From positions 91,729 to 155,728 of the forward strand of contig JAZKFH010000037.1 in the NCBI GenBank assembly GCA_040386535.1: a stretch of 64,000 nucleotides of DNA. Reading direction: 5' to 3'. This stretch comes from Myxococcota bacterium (GTDB lineage Bacteria; Myxococcota_A; UBA796; SXON01). A program made the translations under genes and the position numbers. Every line of letters starts with the position of its first letter. Within the stretch, counting starts at the first letter, position 1. Shown here piece by piece: positions 26,957-36,551 of this stretch. The notes beneath the pieces are model-generated. The model was not told where the DNA came from. It worked only from the letters and a program-made list of their open reading frames with translations, and ran no database searches.

Positions 26957-29335
26957 CTACTCGCCGAGGACCACGTACACGCGGCCTGCGAGGTTGGTGC
27001 CGCCGCGCGGCGCGCCCACGAGCAGGTCGTCGCTGCCGTCGCGGTTGATGTCGGCCGCGCCCGAGAGCACGGAGCCGAACAGGTCGCCGCGGGTCTCCCC
27101 GTCGACCGTGGCGCTGGCGAGGGAGGAGGCATCCTCGGAGCCCTCTCCCAACGACGTGCCGGGGAACAGGTACAGGCGGCCCACGTCGTTGCCGGGCGTG
27201 TAGTACCAGTACGTGGGCTGGGTGTAGACCGAGTTCACCGCCGGCGCGCCGACCACGAGATCGGTCACCCCGTCGCCGTCGAGATCGCCCGTGGTGACCG
27301 CGAGCCCGAAGCGGCCGGGGCCGTCGCCCTCGATCTGCAGGTCGGCGTCGTCCGCGTCGAGCGAGCCCGAGAGGCGGTCGAGCGCGTAGAAGACCGAGAC
27401 CGTGTCGGTCGCGAGGCCGCCGAACGCGAGGTCCAGCTGGCCGTCCGTGTCGAAGTCCGCAAGGGCGGCGGTGCCGAAGCCGACGCCGCCCGAGGTCACG
27501 TCGCCTGCGATGGTGCGGGACTCGGCGGTGCCGATGCCGAGCGAGCCGTCCCAGGTGCTGCCGCCGTCGACCTGGTACCACGCGCCGCCGTCGGTCACGT
27601 TGTCGTCCGCGCCCGGCGCGCCCACGAGCAGGTCGTCGTAGCCGTCGTCGTCGATGTCGCCGCCGCCGAGGCCGAAGCCGAAGTAGTCCTGGGTCGACTC
27701 GCCGTCGATCATGAGCACGGCGTCCTCGATGTCGACCTCGCCGCGCACGCTGCCGGCGTCGTAGACCGACACGCGGCCGACGTAGTAGCGGGTGCCGGTC
27801 GTCAGGTCGGGCTGGCTGTAGACGACCTCGTCCACGCCGTCCCCGTCCATGTCGATGTTGTTGATGACGCGGTTGCTGTTGCTCGCCGACTGTTGCGCGG
27901 AGCTCGTGATGTGCAGCTCGGCGTCCTCGGGGTCGAGCGTCCCGGCCACGCCGCGCCCGCCCTCGAACACCACCACCGCGGTGCCGGCGGAGCCGTACCC
28001 CTGGCCCGCCGCGACGAAGTCCTGCTCCCCGTCGCCCGTGTTGTCGCCGGCGATCGGGCTGGTGGAGCCGAAGTAGCCGGCGTTCGCGCCGGTGAACGAC
28101 GCCGTGTCGAAGGAGGACACGGTGCCGCCGAGGTCGCCGTGGTCCTCGCCGGGGATGATGTAGACCGCGCCCGTGTAGTTGTTCTGGAACGCGCCGCCGA
28201 CGAGCAGATCGGGCGAGCCGCTGCCCGTCACGTCACCCAGGCCGAGGCCGCTGTGGGTCGAGAGGAACCCGTTGTTGGAGACGCCGTCGACGTAGCCGGT
28301 GGACACGTCGTCGATGATGCCGTCGTCCACGCCGCCGGAGCAGTCGTTGTCGAGGCCGTCCCAAACGTCGTCCGCGTTGGGGCTCACGTTCGCGTTGTCG
28401 TCGTCGCAGTCACCCTCGTCGGCCGACCAACCGTCGCCGTCCTCGTCGATCTTGCCGCAGTGGTCGTTCCGGGCGCCGGGCGTGCCGAAGTCACCCGAGG
28501 GCAGCTCGGTGGTGGCCAGGCACCAGAAGTCGAACTGGCGCGCGTCCGCGACCCCGGTGTGGTCCGGATCGAGCGTCCAGCTGGCGCCGTCCGCGGTGCC
28601 CCAGGCGGCGGTCCACTCCACGTCGAAGATCGTGACGTCCGCGAGCTTGACGAACAGCGTGTCGACCGAGGAGAGCGAGAAGGTGGCGCGGTCGTAGACG
28701 TAGTCCACGTCGATGCCGCCGTTGAGCGCCGCGTTGCCGTTCGCGCCGAGCACGACGGTCCCGCCGGAGGGGACGACCAGGGAGCCGGACACGGTCAGGG
28801 TGTCCCCGTCGTCACTGGTGATCGACCATCCCTTCAGATCGATCGTGGCACTGTCGGTGTTCTGGAGCTCCAGCCACTCGCCGTCGCTGTCACTGGCGGC
28901 GAGGGGGTGTTGCATCACCTCGGAGACGACGATTGCGCCGGCTACGATGAAGTCCTCGTCCACGAGGCCGTCGCAGTCCTGGTCGGCCAGATCGCGCGTC
29001 TCCGTGGCGGTGGTGCGGATCGCCGGATCGGTGTCGTCGCAGTCGGGGCCGAACCCGATGAGGTCCTCGCCGTCGCGATCCTGGTCGAAGTCGGACCACC
29101 CGTCGCAGTCCTGGTCGATGTTGTCGTACCAACTCTCGGCGGCGTCGGGGTTGACCGCGCTGTCGGCGTCGTCACAATCCACGCCGCCGCTCTCCAGCCC
29201 CGCGAAGCCGTCTCCGTCCGCGTCTCCCACGACCGGCCCGGTGTCGAGCTCGCTGTCCTTGTCGCCGAGGGTGATCTGGCCAGGGCCACAGGCCGTCAAG
29301 AGGGCGAGCAAGGCACACGAACGAAGGGGCGACAT
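26957..29335 (-). CDS. Lipoprotein: DCDD repeats + lamin-tail-like domain + FG-GAP propeller
   Basis: MSPLRSCALLALLTAC start. LTD motifs IVVSEVMQHP, GEWLELQN, IDLKGWSI and GTPG. FG-GAP repeats at the C-terminus. Confidence 0.88.
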   Translation of the reverse strand: MSPLRSCALLALLTACGPGQITLGDKDSELDTGPVVGDADGDGFAGLESGGVDCDDADSAVNPDAAESWYDNIDQDCDGWSDFDQDRDGEDLIGFGPDCDDTDPAIRTTATETRDLADQDCDGLVDEDFIVAGAIVVSEVMQHPLAASDSDGEWLELQNTDSATIDLKGWSITSDDGDTLTVSGSLVVPSGGTVVLGANGNAALNGGIDVDYVYDRATFSLSSVDTLFVKLADVTIFDVEWTAAWGTADGASWTLDPDHTGVADARQFDFWCLATTELPSGDFGTPGARNDHCGKIDEDGDGWSADEGDCDDDNANVSPNADDVWDGLDNDCSGGVDDGIIDDVSTGYVDGVSNNGFLSTHSGLGLGDVTGSGSPDLLVGGAFQNNYTGAVYIIPGEDHGDLGGTVSSFDTASFTGANAGYFGSTSPIAGDNTGDGEQDFVAAGQGYGSAGTAVVVFEGGRGVAGTLDPEDAELHITSSAQQSASNSNRVINNIDMDGDGVDEVVYSQPDLTTGTRYYVGRVSVYDAGSVRGEVDIEDAVLMIDGESTQDYFGFGLGGGDIDDDGYDDLLVGAPGADDNVTDGGAWYQVDGGSTWDGSLGIGTAESRTIAGDVTSGGVGFGTAALADFDTDGQLDLAFGGLATDTVSVFYALDRLSGSLDADDADLQIEGDGPGRFGLAVTTGDLDGDGVTDLVVGAPAVNSVYTQPTYWYYTPGNDVGRLYLFPGTSLGEGSEDASSLASATVDGETRGDLFGSVLSGAADINRDGSDDLLVGAPRGGTNLAGRVYVVLGE

Positions 29336-29452
29336 CGGCAGCTCCGGGGGGTCTGGACGATAGCGCGAAAATTTTACAATCGCACGTTGGACTCCAAGCT
29401 GGCTGATCGGACGCGCCCGTGGCATCGTGGGGGCACCTGCTCCGGAGACCTC

Positions 29453-30073
29453 GTGCTCGTGCTGATCCTCGCCCTCCTGCTCCCCGCTTGTGGCACCGAA
29501 CCCGAGCCCGAGCCCGTGGTGGGCCTGGATCGTGACGAGGACGGCTTCGCGCCGCCGGACGATTGCGACGACAACGACGCAAGTGTCAATCCAAACGTCG
29601 ACGAGGTGTGTGACGGCATCGACAACAACTGTGACGGCGCCACGGATGACGCCGGGGAGGGCGTGGGCGCCTGGTACGCGGACCTCGACGGCGACACCTA
29701 CGGGGACCTGAACTCCGGCGTCCTGGCGTGTGAGCAGCCCGCGGGCACGGTGGCCGACTCGACGGACTGTGACGACACGGAGGCCGCGTCGTTCCCGGAG
29801 AACCAGGAGGTCTGCGACGAGATCGACAACGACTGCGACGGCCGCGCCGATGAGGGCGCCACCGACATCATCCTGTCGTTCGAGGACCTGGACGGCGACG
29901 GGTACGGGAACTCCGACGAGCCGAAGGTCGAGTGCGCCGTGCCCGAGGGCTACTCCACCATCGGCGGTGACTGCGACGACGCCGATCCCGCGATCTACCC
30001 CTGGGCGTCCGAGGACGTGTGTGGCGACGGGATCGATCAGGACTGCTACGAGGGCGACGCCGTCTGCGTGTAG
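29453..30073 (+). CDS. Small lipoprotein made only of DCDD metal-binding-motif repeats
   Basis: GTG after GGAG, LLLPAC lipobox, three DCDD/EVCDGIDNNCDG units. Confidence 0.8.
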   Translation: MLVLILALLLPACGTEPEPEPVVGLDRDEDGFAPPDDCDDNDASVNPNVDEVCDGIDNNCDGATDDAGEGVGAWYADLDGDTYGDLNSGVLACEQPAGTVADSTDCDDTEAASFPENQEVCDEIDNDCDGRADEGATDIILSFEDLDGDGYGNSDEPKVECAVPEGYSTIGGDCDDADPAIYPWASEDVCGDGIDQDCYEGDAVCV

Positions 30074-30122
30074 GCCGGCCCCCTCCCGCCGTTTGCCTGG
30101 AGCGCGCGCGTTAACCAGCGCG

Positions 30123-30587
30123 ATGCCCTCCATCTACGTCGACGCCGACGCCTGCCCGGTCAAGGACCTCATCGAGCGCGGCGCGCTCCGCATGGGGTTC
30201 CCGGTCTTCTTCGTGTCGAACCGCAGCGTCGGCATCAAGCCGAAGAAGGGCGTGTTCGTGATCCTCGCCCCGGCGGGCCCCGACGAGGCCGATCTCATCA
30301 TCGCGCGGCGGGCCGCCCCCGGGGACCTGGTGCTCACGGCCGACATCCCGTGCGCCGCTGACGCCCTCGCCGCCGGCGCCCGGTGCATCGATTTTCGCGG
30401 CGGCCAATTCGACGCCGGCACGATCGAGGGCAAGCTGGCCGCGCGCGAGATGAACGAGATGCTCCGGGGCGGCTTCCAGTTCACCGGCGGCCCGGCTCCC
30501 CTCAACGCGCAGGACCGCACCCGCTTCGCGAACCAATTCGATCGGGTGCTGATGGAGATGAAGCGGGCGTCGCCGCCGCCGGGGTGA
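30123..30587 (+). CDS. YaiI/YqxD (DUF188) family protein
   Basis: IYVDADACPVK, DEADLII, GDLVLTADIP, GGPAPL...DRTRFANQFDR. Confidence 0.92.
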   Translation: MPSIYVDADACPVKDLIERGALRMGFPVFFVSNRSVGIKPKKGVFVILAPAGPDEADLIIARRAAPGDLVLTADIPCAADALAAGARCIDFRGGQFDAGTIEGKLAAREMNEMLRGGFQFTGGPAPLNAQDRTRFANQFDRVLMEMKRASPPPG

Positions 30588-30642
30588 TCCTCCTCGGAGC
30601 GCGGCGCCCCACCACGGCGTCACGGGGTGGTACACCGCCACG

Positions 30643-32283
30643 ATGGGCCTCTTCACCGCCGCGAGCACGTCCCCGTTGCTCCCCGCGTTGTTCGCCCTCC
30701 TCTGGCGCGGGCGGCGCCCGTCCATCGCCTCGCGTGATCGGTGGGATCCCCGCGTCGACACCGCCCTGTGCCTCGGCGCGGGGCTCGTCGGCGCGGCGGC
30801 GATGGCGTGGATCACCGCCCCGTGGTCCCTGACGCAGTTCCCGTTCGCGGCCTCCGACTTCGCCGACTACTGTGGCTCGCTGGAGCCCATCCTGTCGGGC
30901 CAGCTGGAGCTCGCGTCGGGCGCGCGCTCGGTCGCCGCGGGGCTCCTCCCCGCGCTCCTCCGGCCGAGCCTCGGCGTGGTGGGCGCCCTCGCGGGCGCCG
31001 CGTTCGTGTCCACCGCGCTCCTGTGCGGCGCCCTCTTCGTCGCCGGCCGCGCGCTCCACTCACGCACCGCGGGGCTCGCGGCGGTCATCCTCGCCACGGC
31101 GATGCCCCCGCTCGCGGTGATGCCGCGCACCGTGTCGTTCTACCCCGAGACGGTCGCCAGCATCGCGCTCGCGGCGGCGTCGGCGCTGGCGTTCGTGCGT
31201 TTCCGCACCCCGACGTTCGCGCTGCTCGCGGGCGTGAGCACGGGGTTCGCCATGCTCGCCGACGTGCGGGCGATGATGTTTGCCGTCCCCGCCGCGATCG
31301 TCGCGATCGGATCGGTGCTCCTCCGACCGCGGCCGGCCCCGCGCGCCGCCCTGTTCCTGGCGCTCGTGCTGGCCCCCCTCGCGCTCTCCTGGGCCATCGG
31401 CGCGCGCATCAACGCCGACACGTGGGGGCTCCAGGACCAGACCGTCGCCTACGCCGGAGACGCTTTGCGCGCCGTCGGGGTCGATCCGGAACTGGTCCCG
31501 CGCCCGAAGCCCGCCGAGCGCTTCCGGTGGGGCGTGGATCCGCTCGCGAACGCGATCCCCGGGGTGCGGTTCCTCTCGCGGGTCTCCGCCGTGCTCGCCG
31601 AGCACACCCACGGCTCGGCCGAGGCCGCCGCCGTGCGGGCCCGCCTCGGCGCGTGGCCCACGGTGCTCGCGTGCGCCGCGCTCGCGCTCGTCCTGGGCGT
31701 GGGGCGCCGCCCCGTCCTCGTGCTCGCGGCCGTCGGCACGCTCGCGCCGTTTCTCGCGGTGTTCTACCAGGCGCTGACCACCTTCCCGCTGCCCCGCATG
31801 CTCGCCACGGGGCTCCCCGCCGTGGCGGTGATCGCCGGGGTCGGCTTCGCCGTGCTCGTGCGGGGAGGGCTCCCCGCCGCGTGCCCGCCGCCCGAGGATG
31901 CGCCTCCCGCGCCCGTCCGCGAGCGCCTCCTCGTGCTCCTCCGGGTCTCCGCCCGGCCGGGCTTCGCGCTCCTCGGCCTCGTCGTGATGGTGGGCGGCGC
32001 CGTGCCGACCTGGCTCGGCCCCCTCCAGCCGTGGCGGACGTGGGGACTCTCCAGCTCCGAGCCGTGGGCGCTGCTCGCGGAGACCGCGGCGGGCCAGCAC
32101 CGCGCCGGCGCCTACCAATGCCAGACCGCGCTCTGGCGTGACAACGCGGCGGGGCTCCCCCTGATCCCCACCTGGTACGGCCCCGGCCCCAGGGGTTGGG
32201 AGGAGGTGTACGCCGCTGCGGTGCCCATGAAGCCGCCGGAGGGGCCGCCCCGGCCTTCATCTACGTCGTCTACGCCCCGATGA
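30643..32283 (+). CDS. Multi-pass membrane protein, possible GT-C (ArnT/PMT-like) glycosyltransferase
   Basis: Many TM segments, early SDFADYC loop, AGRALHSRTAGLAAVIL, YPET. Confidence 0.55.
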   Translation: MGLFTAASTSPLLPALFALLWRGRRPSIASRDRWDPRVDTALCLGAGLVGAAAMAWITAPWSLTQFPFAASDFADYCGSLEPILSGQLELASGARSVAAGLLPALLRPSLGVVGALAGAAFVSTALLCGALFVAGRALHSRTAGLAAVILATAMPPLAVMPRTVSFYPETVASIALAAASALAFVRFRTPTFALLAGVSTGFAMLADVRAMMFAVPAAIVAIGSVLLRPRPAPRAALFLALVLAPLALSWAIGARINADTWGLQDQTVAYAGDALRAVGVDPELVPRPKPAERFRWGVDPLANAIPGVRFLSRVSAVLAEHTHGSAEAAAVRARLGAWPTVLACAALALVLGVGRRPVLVLAAVGTLAPFLAVFYQALTTFPLPRMLATGLPAVAVIAGVGFAVLVRGGLPAACPPPEDAPPAPVRERLLVLLRVSARPGFALLGLVVMVGGAVPTWLGPLQPWRTWGLSSSEPWALLAETAAGQHRAGAYQCQTALWRDNAAGLPLIPTWYGPGPRGWEEVYAAAVPMKPPEGPPRPSSTSSTPR

Positions 32284-33265
32284 CCGCGCGCACGTGCCGC
32301 ACCCGCTCCTCCAACGAGCCGGAGAGCGGGGTGTACGGCACCCCGAGGATCCCGAGCACCACGCGGTAGTGGGCCTGCATGCGCCGTTGGAAGTCGGGGT
32401 CGCTGCGGGTCGCGTCCTGCACGAACCCGAAGTCGTCCTCACACAGGAACACGTGGTCGTAGCGGGTGTCGCGGGCAAGCGCCGCGAGCGCGGGATCGAC
32501 GCGCCCGTACCACATCGCCGCGAACACGGCCGTCGTGAGCGGGGTGGTGTCGACGAACAACCAGCGCCGGGCCTCGCGCCGACGGAGCTCCGTGTTCGCC
32601 ACGTGCGTGCGCCCGATGCCGACGAAGTCCGCCTCGGCCAGCCCGCCCTGTGCCTCCCACAACGTGCGCCCGTACTCGGGCACGAACGTGGTGCCGAGCT
32701 CGGCCGCGAGCCGCTCCGCGAGCGTCGTCTTGCCGGTCGACTCGGCGCCGACGAACGCCACGGTGGCGACGAAGTCGGCGTAGACTGCCGGATCGAGCCA
32801 GCCGCGCAGCCCGTGGGGATCGGCCCGCAACGTGGTGCCCGAGATCGGGACGGCGGCCCGGTCGAGATCGACGCGGCGGTGGGCCACGGGGTGCCCGAGC
32901 GCCGCGGTCATGGAAGCGGCGAAGCCGTCGCCGTAGCCCTCGCTCGTGTAGACGACGTCGACCGGCCAGCCGTGCTCGCGCACGACCGCGGCGACGAAGG
33001 CGCGGGGCACCTCCTCGGGGGCGTCGTTCGCGGGGAGAGTGGGGTGGACGGCCGGATCGAGCACGAGGGTGGCCGCGAGCCGGCCGCCGTAGAGCGTGTC
33101 GAGCCATCCCCGCCGCCGGGGCGCCTCACACCCCACGAACTCGGGGAGGGACCAGGAGAGGACCCGCACCTCCGCACACTCGGCGAGCGCGGTGTCGAGG
33201 ACGAGCTGGTGGCCGCGGTGCAGGGGGGAGAACTTTCCCACGACCAGCGCGCGCCCGCGCTTCAA
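32270..33265 (-). CDS. nadR: NadR-like NMN adenylyltransferase / ribosylnicotinamide kinase (no HTH)
   Basis: GKFSPLHRGH, ISGTTLR, GAESTGKTTLA, VPEYGR, LFVDT. TTG start overlaps the pnuC stop. Confidence 0.85.
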   Translation of the reverse strand: MKRGRALVVGKFSPLHRGHQLVLDTALAECAEVRVLSWSLPEFVGCEAPRRRGWLDTLYGGRLAATLVLDPAVHPTLPANDAPEEVPRAFVAAVVREHGWPVDVVYTSEGYGDGFAASMTAALGHPVAHRRVDLDRAAVPISGTTLRADPHGLRGWLDPAVYADFVATVAFVGAESTGKTTLAERLAAELGTTFVPEYGRTLWEAQGGLAEADFVGIGRTHVANTELRRREARRWLFVDTTPLTTAVFAAMWYGRVDPALAALARDTRYDHVFLCEDDFGFVQDATRSDPDFQRRMQAHYRVVLGILGVPYTPLSGSLEERVRHVRAVIGA

Positions 33266-33891
33266 CGCGCCACCGGCTCGGTAAAGGGAGCGGAGGCGGG
33301 GGGAGCGGGGGCGAGCACAGCTGCGTCACGCTGTGCCAGCGCTCGCCAGTGCCACAAACCCCACGCCGCGTTGAGCAGGTAGCCGGTGTAGAGCAGGGCC
33401 GTCAGGGGGATGCCCTTCGACAGGTACAGCGGCACCGACACCACGTCCGCGACGATCCACAACCACCAGCTCTCCACCTTGCGTTGCATCAGGAGCCACG
33501 TGGCCGCCACGCTCAACGCCAGGATCGCCGAGTCCACGAAGGGCGCCGCCGCCGAGGTGAAGAGGTGGAGCAGGCCGCCGTAGCCCCCCACGGTGACCCC
33601 CACGAAGATCACGGTCGCGACGAGATCCCCGCGGTCCGCGTGGGTCACGGGGAGCTCGGAGCCTGCGGCGCCGCCGAAGCGCCAGCGCCACCACCCCACG
33701 AGGCTGGTGACGACGAAGAACACCATCAGCGTCACGTCGGCGTACAGCCGCACCGCGGCGAAGACGAAGCCGAGCAGCACGGAGCCGACCACGCCGGTCC
33801 ACCACGTGTGGGCCGAGTTGCGGTTGGCCGCGACCACGGAGACGGTGTTGAACAGGACGGACAGGGGCTCGAGCATGGCGACCGCGTTCAT
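33262..33891 (-). CDS. pnuC: Nicotinamide riboside transporter PnuC
   Basis: LYAD, GWWRW, PFVDS, WLLMQRKVESWWLWIVAD. Adjacent to nadR. Confidence 0.9.
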   Translation of the reverse strand: MNAVAMLEPLSVLFNTVSVVAANRNSAHTWWTGVVGSVLLGFVFAAVRLYADVTLMVFFVVTSLVGWWRWRFGGAAGSELPVTHADRGDLVATVIFVGVTVGGYGGLLHLFTSAAAPFVDSAILALSVAATWLLMQRKVESWWLWIVADVVSVPLYLSKGIPLTALLYTGYLLNAAWGLWHWRALAQRDAAVLAPAPPASAPFTEPVAR

Positions 33892-33952
33892 GGCAGGCGC
33901 GTTGTAGCACCGGCCCCCGTGCCCGAGCGACCCCCGATCGTACGTCCCGATG

Positions 33953-34711
33953 CTACGTCGCCGGCTCCTCCGCGGGCGGCTCCTCCTCGGACGGCGGCTC
34001 CTCCGGCGTCTCGATCGGCCCCGTCTCCCCGCCGATGGCGAAGCTCACGTCCACCTCCGCCCGGTAGGTCTGCTCCCCCGCGAGCACCGGCATCGACGCC
34101 ATGTCGGTGTCCGCCGCGCCCGCGCGCTCCATGTAGACGGGGCTGGGCGGCGTCGTCTCCTGCGTGCGGATGGACACCCGCATCGGCTCGCCGAGGGTGG
34201 CGCCCAGCTGGGTGGCGACCAGCTCCGCGTTGGTGCGCGCGTCCTCCACCGCGGCGTCGAGGGCCTGCTGCTGCGCGGCCTCCTCGTCCTCCACCTTCCA
34301 CGCCACGCCGAGCACCTCGTTCGCGCCGGCGGCCACGGCGGCGTCGAGCACCCCTCCGGTGTCCATCGGCTCGTCCACGCGGATGTCGAGGATCGCGCTC
34401 GCCTCGTACCCCACGAGCTTCGGCCCGGTCTTCTCGTTGTACTCGTAGCGCGGCTGCAGCGACAGTTGGGAGGTGCGGATCCGCTCGGGCGCCACCTGCT
34501 CGCCGAGCGCCTGGGTGATGGCGGTCATCTTGTCCGCGGCGGCCTTGAACGCATCAGCCGCCGTGTCCGCCTGGGAGCGGACGCCCAGGGTCAGGACGGC
34601 CTCGTCGGGTGACACGAAGATCTCGCCGACGCCGGTGACGTTCAGGCTGTTGCGGGCCTCGACCTCGGCGGCGGACGCCGTGGCGAACAGGTAGAGCGCG
34701 GTCGCGAGCAT
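33953..34711 (-). CDS. SIMPL (DUF541) domain protein
   Basis: LNVTGVGEIFVSPDEAVLTLGV, IRTSQLSLQPRYEY, ALDAAVEDAR, LAGEQ. Confidence 0.9.
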   Translation of the reverse strand: MLATALYLFATASAAEVEARNSLNVTGVGEIFVSPDEAVLTLGVRSQADTAADAFKAAADKMTAITQALGEQVAPERIRTSQLSLQPRYEYNEKTGPKLVGYEASAILDIRVDEPMDTGGVLDAAVAAGANEVLGVAWKVEDEEAAQQQALDAAVEDARTNAELVATQLGATLGEPMRVSIRTQETTPPSPVYMERAGAADTDMASMPVLAGEQTYRAEVDVSFAIGGETGPIETPEEPPSEEEPPAEEPAT

Positions 34712-34818
34712 GATGCCTCCCTCATTTCCTCCCGAGAGAGTAGGGGCCCGACGTCGGGATCCAAGCACGAACCGGTTGGCGGCCCGCTGACGTCGGGTTG
34801 CGTCCGGAGCGTCGGACC

Positions 34819-36315
34819 CTACGCCGCGGTCACCGCCACGCCCGGGGCCCGCTCGCCCGGCTTCGCGGGGAGGAGTTGGGTGGAGGACTCGCCGTCGAAC
34901 ACGCGCAGCTCGGCCACCCGCGCCTCGCCGCCGGGCCGCACCCACGCAAACGCGTTGGTGCCCACCTTCTTGGTGCACTCGACATCGTCGTAAGCGGGTG
35001 ACCAGTGACCGGTGTTGAGGAATTCGACGCCGTCGTGCCGGCGCACGGCCGCCCGGTGGGTGTGCCCCATGACGACACGTGTCACTCGCGCGATCCGCCC
35101 GAGCTCGCCGACACGCTTGCGGATGTTCGCCTGGGTGTTCCCAACGTCCGAGCGGCAGCTGCGTGCGTACGCCACGTAGAAGGGGAGCAGCCCGAGGAAC
35201 AACGCGACCGCCCACACGTAGCCGAGGTTGGACATCATGTGCAGCGCGGTGGTGAGCTGGAACACCACGAACACGAGCAGGACGAGCAGCCCCACCCGGT
35301 CGAGCCACAACTCGCGCGCCACCTTGAGGGGGGAGTACACCGCGGGGTGCACCGCCACGTCCCGCAGCGCCCGCACCATGGCGGGGGTGCCCCGGGCCCG
35401 CCGCGCCGCGTCCCGCACGCGCTCCTCGAGCCGCGCCGGATCCCGCTCGGCCGGGCGCAGCCCCTCGTCCACCGACACCCAGAGGGTGAGCGGCGCGGTC
35501 CACAACCAGGTGAACGCCAGCAGCGGATCCTGGCGGGCCACGTAGCGGAAGAAGAACCGCACGTAGTCTGCGAACGGCCGGATGAAGCTGTCCTCCACGT
35601 GGGGATTGAACAACCCCATTCCGTTGAGCATCATCTTCCCGGCGATGTTGCCGAACGGCATGCGCACGCGGAGCTTGCCTTTGACCTCGATGAAGGGGTG
35701 CAACGGGTCGTGACACACACAATACGCGTCGAGTTGGTTGCCGTGCATGACGAGGGTGTCACCCCCCGAGATGCGAAAGAACTCACAAACGGTCAACGCG
35801 TCGGGTCGGGGGGGTGCCAACGCGGCGCGCAGCTCCGCCTGGACGGCCGGCCAATGGAGCTCGAGGTCGTGGTTGCCGATGATGAAGACGAGCAGGTGCC
35901 CGTCCGCCATCCACTGGGAGAGCGCGGCGACCAGGACGGGGTGGTCGGCGAGGATGCGCCGCATCTTCCACGCGGAGCGCTCCTGTTCGGCGACCATGCC
36001 CCGGCAGCGCTCCAGCCAGGAGACCCGGTACGGCGCCGGCTCCGGCGCGCCGACGACGGTGTCGAAGTCGAAGATGTCACCGGCGAGTACGAGCTCGACG
36101 GGCTGGCCGGCCGAGAGCTCGCGCAGGTGCAGGAGCAGGCGGAGGAGCGGGCCGTCGTCGACCACGTCGGGGTGTTTGTAGCGGCGCCAGGCCGGCCGCC
36201 GGGGATCGGGGGCCTCGATGTCGGAGAGGTGCAGATCGCTGATGACGGCGGTGTGGGCGGGCCCCCGCCGTGGGGCGGAGCGCCGCTCGGTGTAGAGGGG
36301 CGGGTCGTTCGCCAC
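34819..36315 (-). CDS. Calcineurin-like metallophosphoesterase with inserted TM helices
   Basis: SDLH, GDIFD, GNHD, MHGN and GHTH motifs. Hydrophobic hairpin before the last motif. Confidence 0.85.
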   Translation of the reverse strand: MANDPPLYTERRSAPRRGPAHTAVISDLHLSDIEAPDPRRPAWRRYKHPDVVDDGPLLRLLLHLRELSAGQPVELVLAGDIFDFDTVVGAPEPAPYRVSWLERCRGMVAEQERSAWKMRRILADHPVLVAALSQWMADGHLLVFIIGNHDLELHWPAVQAELRAALAPPRPDALTVCEFFRISGGDTLVMHGNQLDAYCVCHDPLHPFIEVKGKLRVRMPFGNIAGKMMLNGMGLFNPHVEDSFIRPFADYVRFFFRYVARQDPLLAFTWLWTAPLTLWVSVDEGLRPAERDPARLEERVRDAARRARGTPAMVRALRDVAVHPAVYSPLKVARELWLDRVGLLVLLVFVVFQLTTALHMMSNLGYVWAVALFLGLLPFYVAYARSCRSDVGNTQANIRKRVGELGRIARVTRVVMGHTHRAAVRRHDGVEFLNTGHWSPAYDDVECTKKVGTNAFAWVRPGGEARVAELRVFDGESSTQLLPAKPGERAPGVAVTAA

Positions 36316-36551
36316 GGGGCTCCCGAGAGGCCGACCACCTAGCCCGGGGCCGGCCGGCGGACCGCTACAGCAACATCACGAGACGGCGAAGATCCTGTGC
36401 AGTTTGAGTCACGTCGGCGGGCGGCGAAGCGCTTTGTTCGCGACCGGTCACGGATCGTCATTGACCGTCGTGGGGCCGCCCGCATACGCTCCGGACGGCA
36501 CCGGTCGCCCGCCTCGTCTCTCGGCGAGCTCGACCGCCCACCGAGGTTTTC

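Noticed and set aside
33892..33952. NAD/PnuC-associated riboswitch
   Set aside because: The gap is about 60 nt with a -10-like box close to the ATG, leaving no room for an aptamer, and no motif was recognised.
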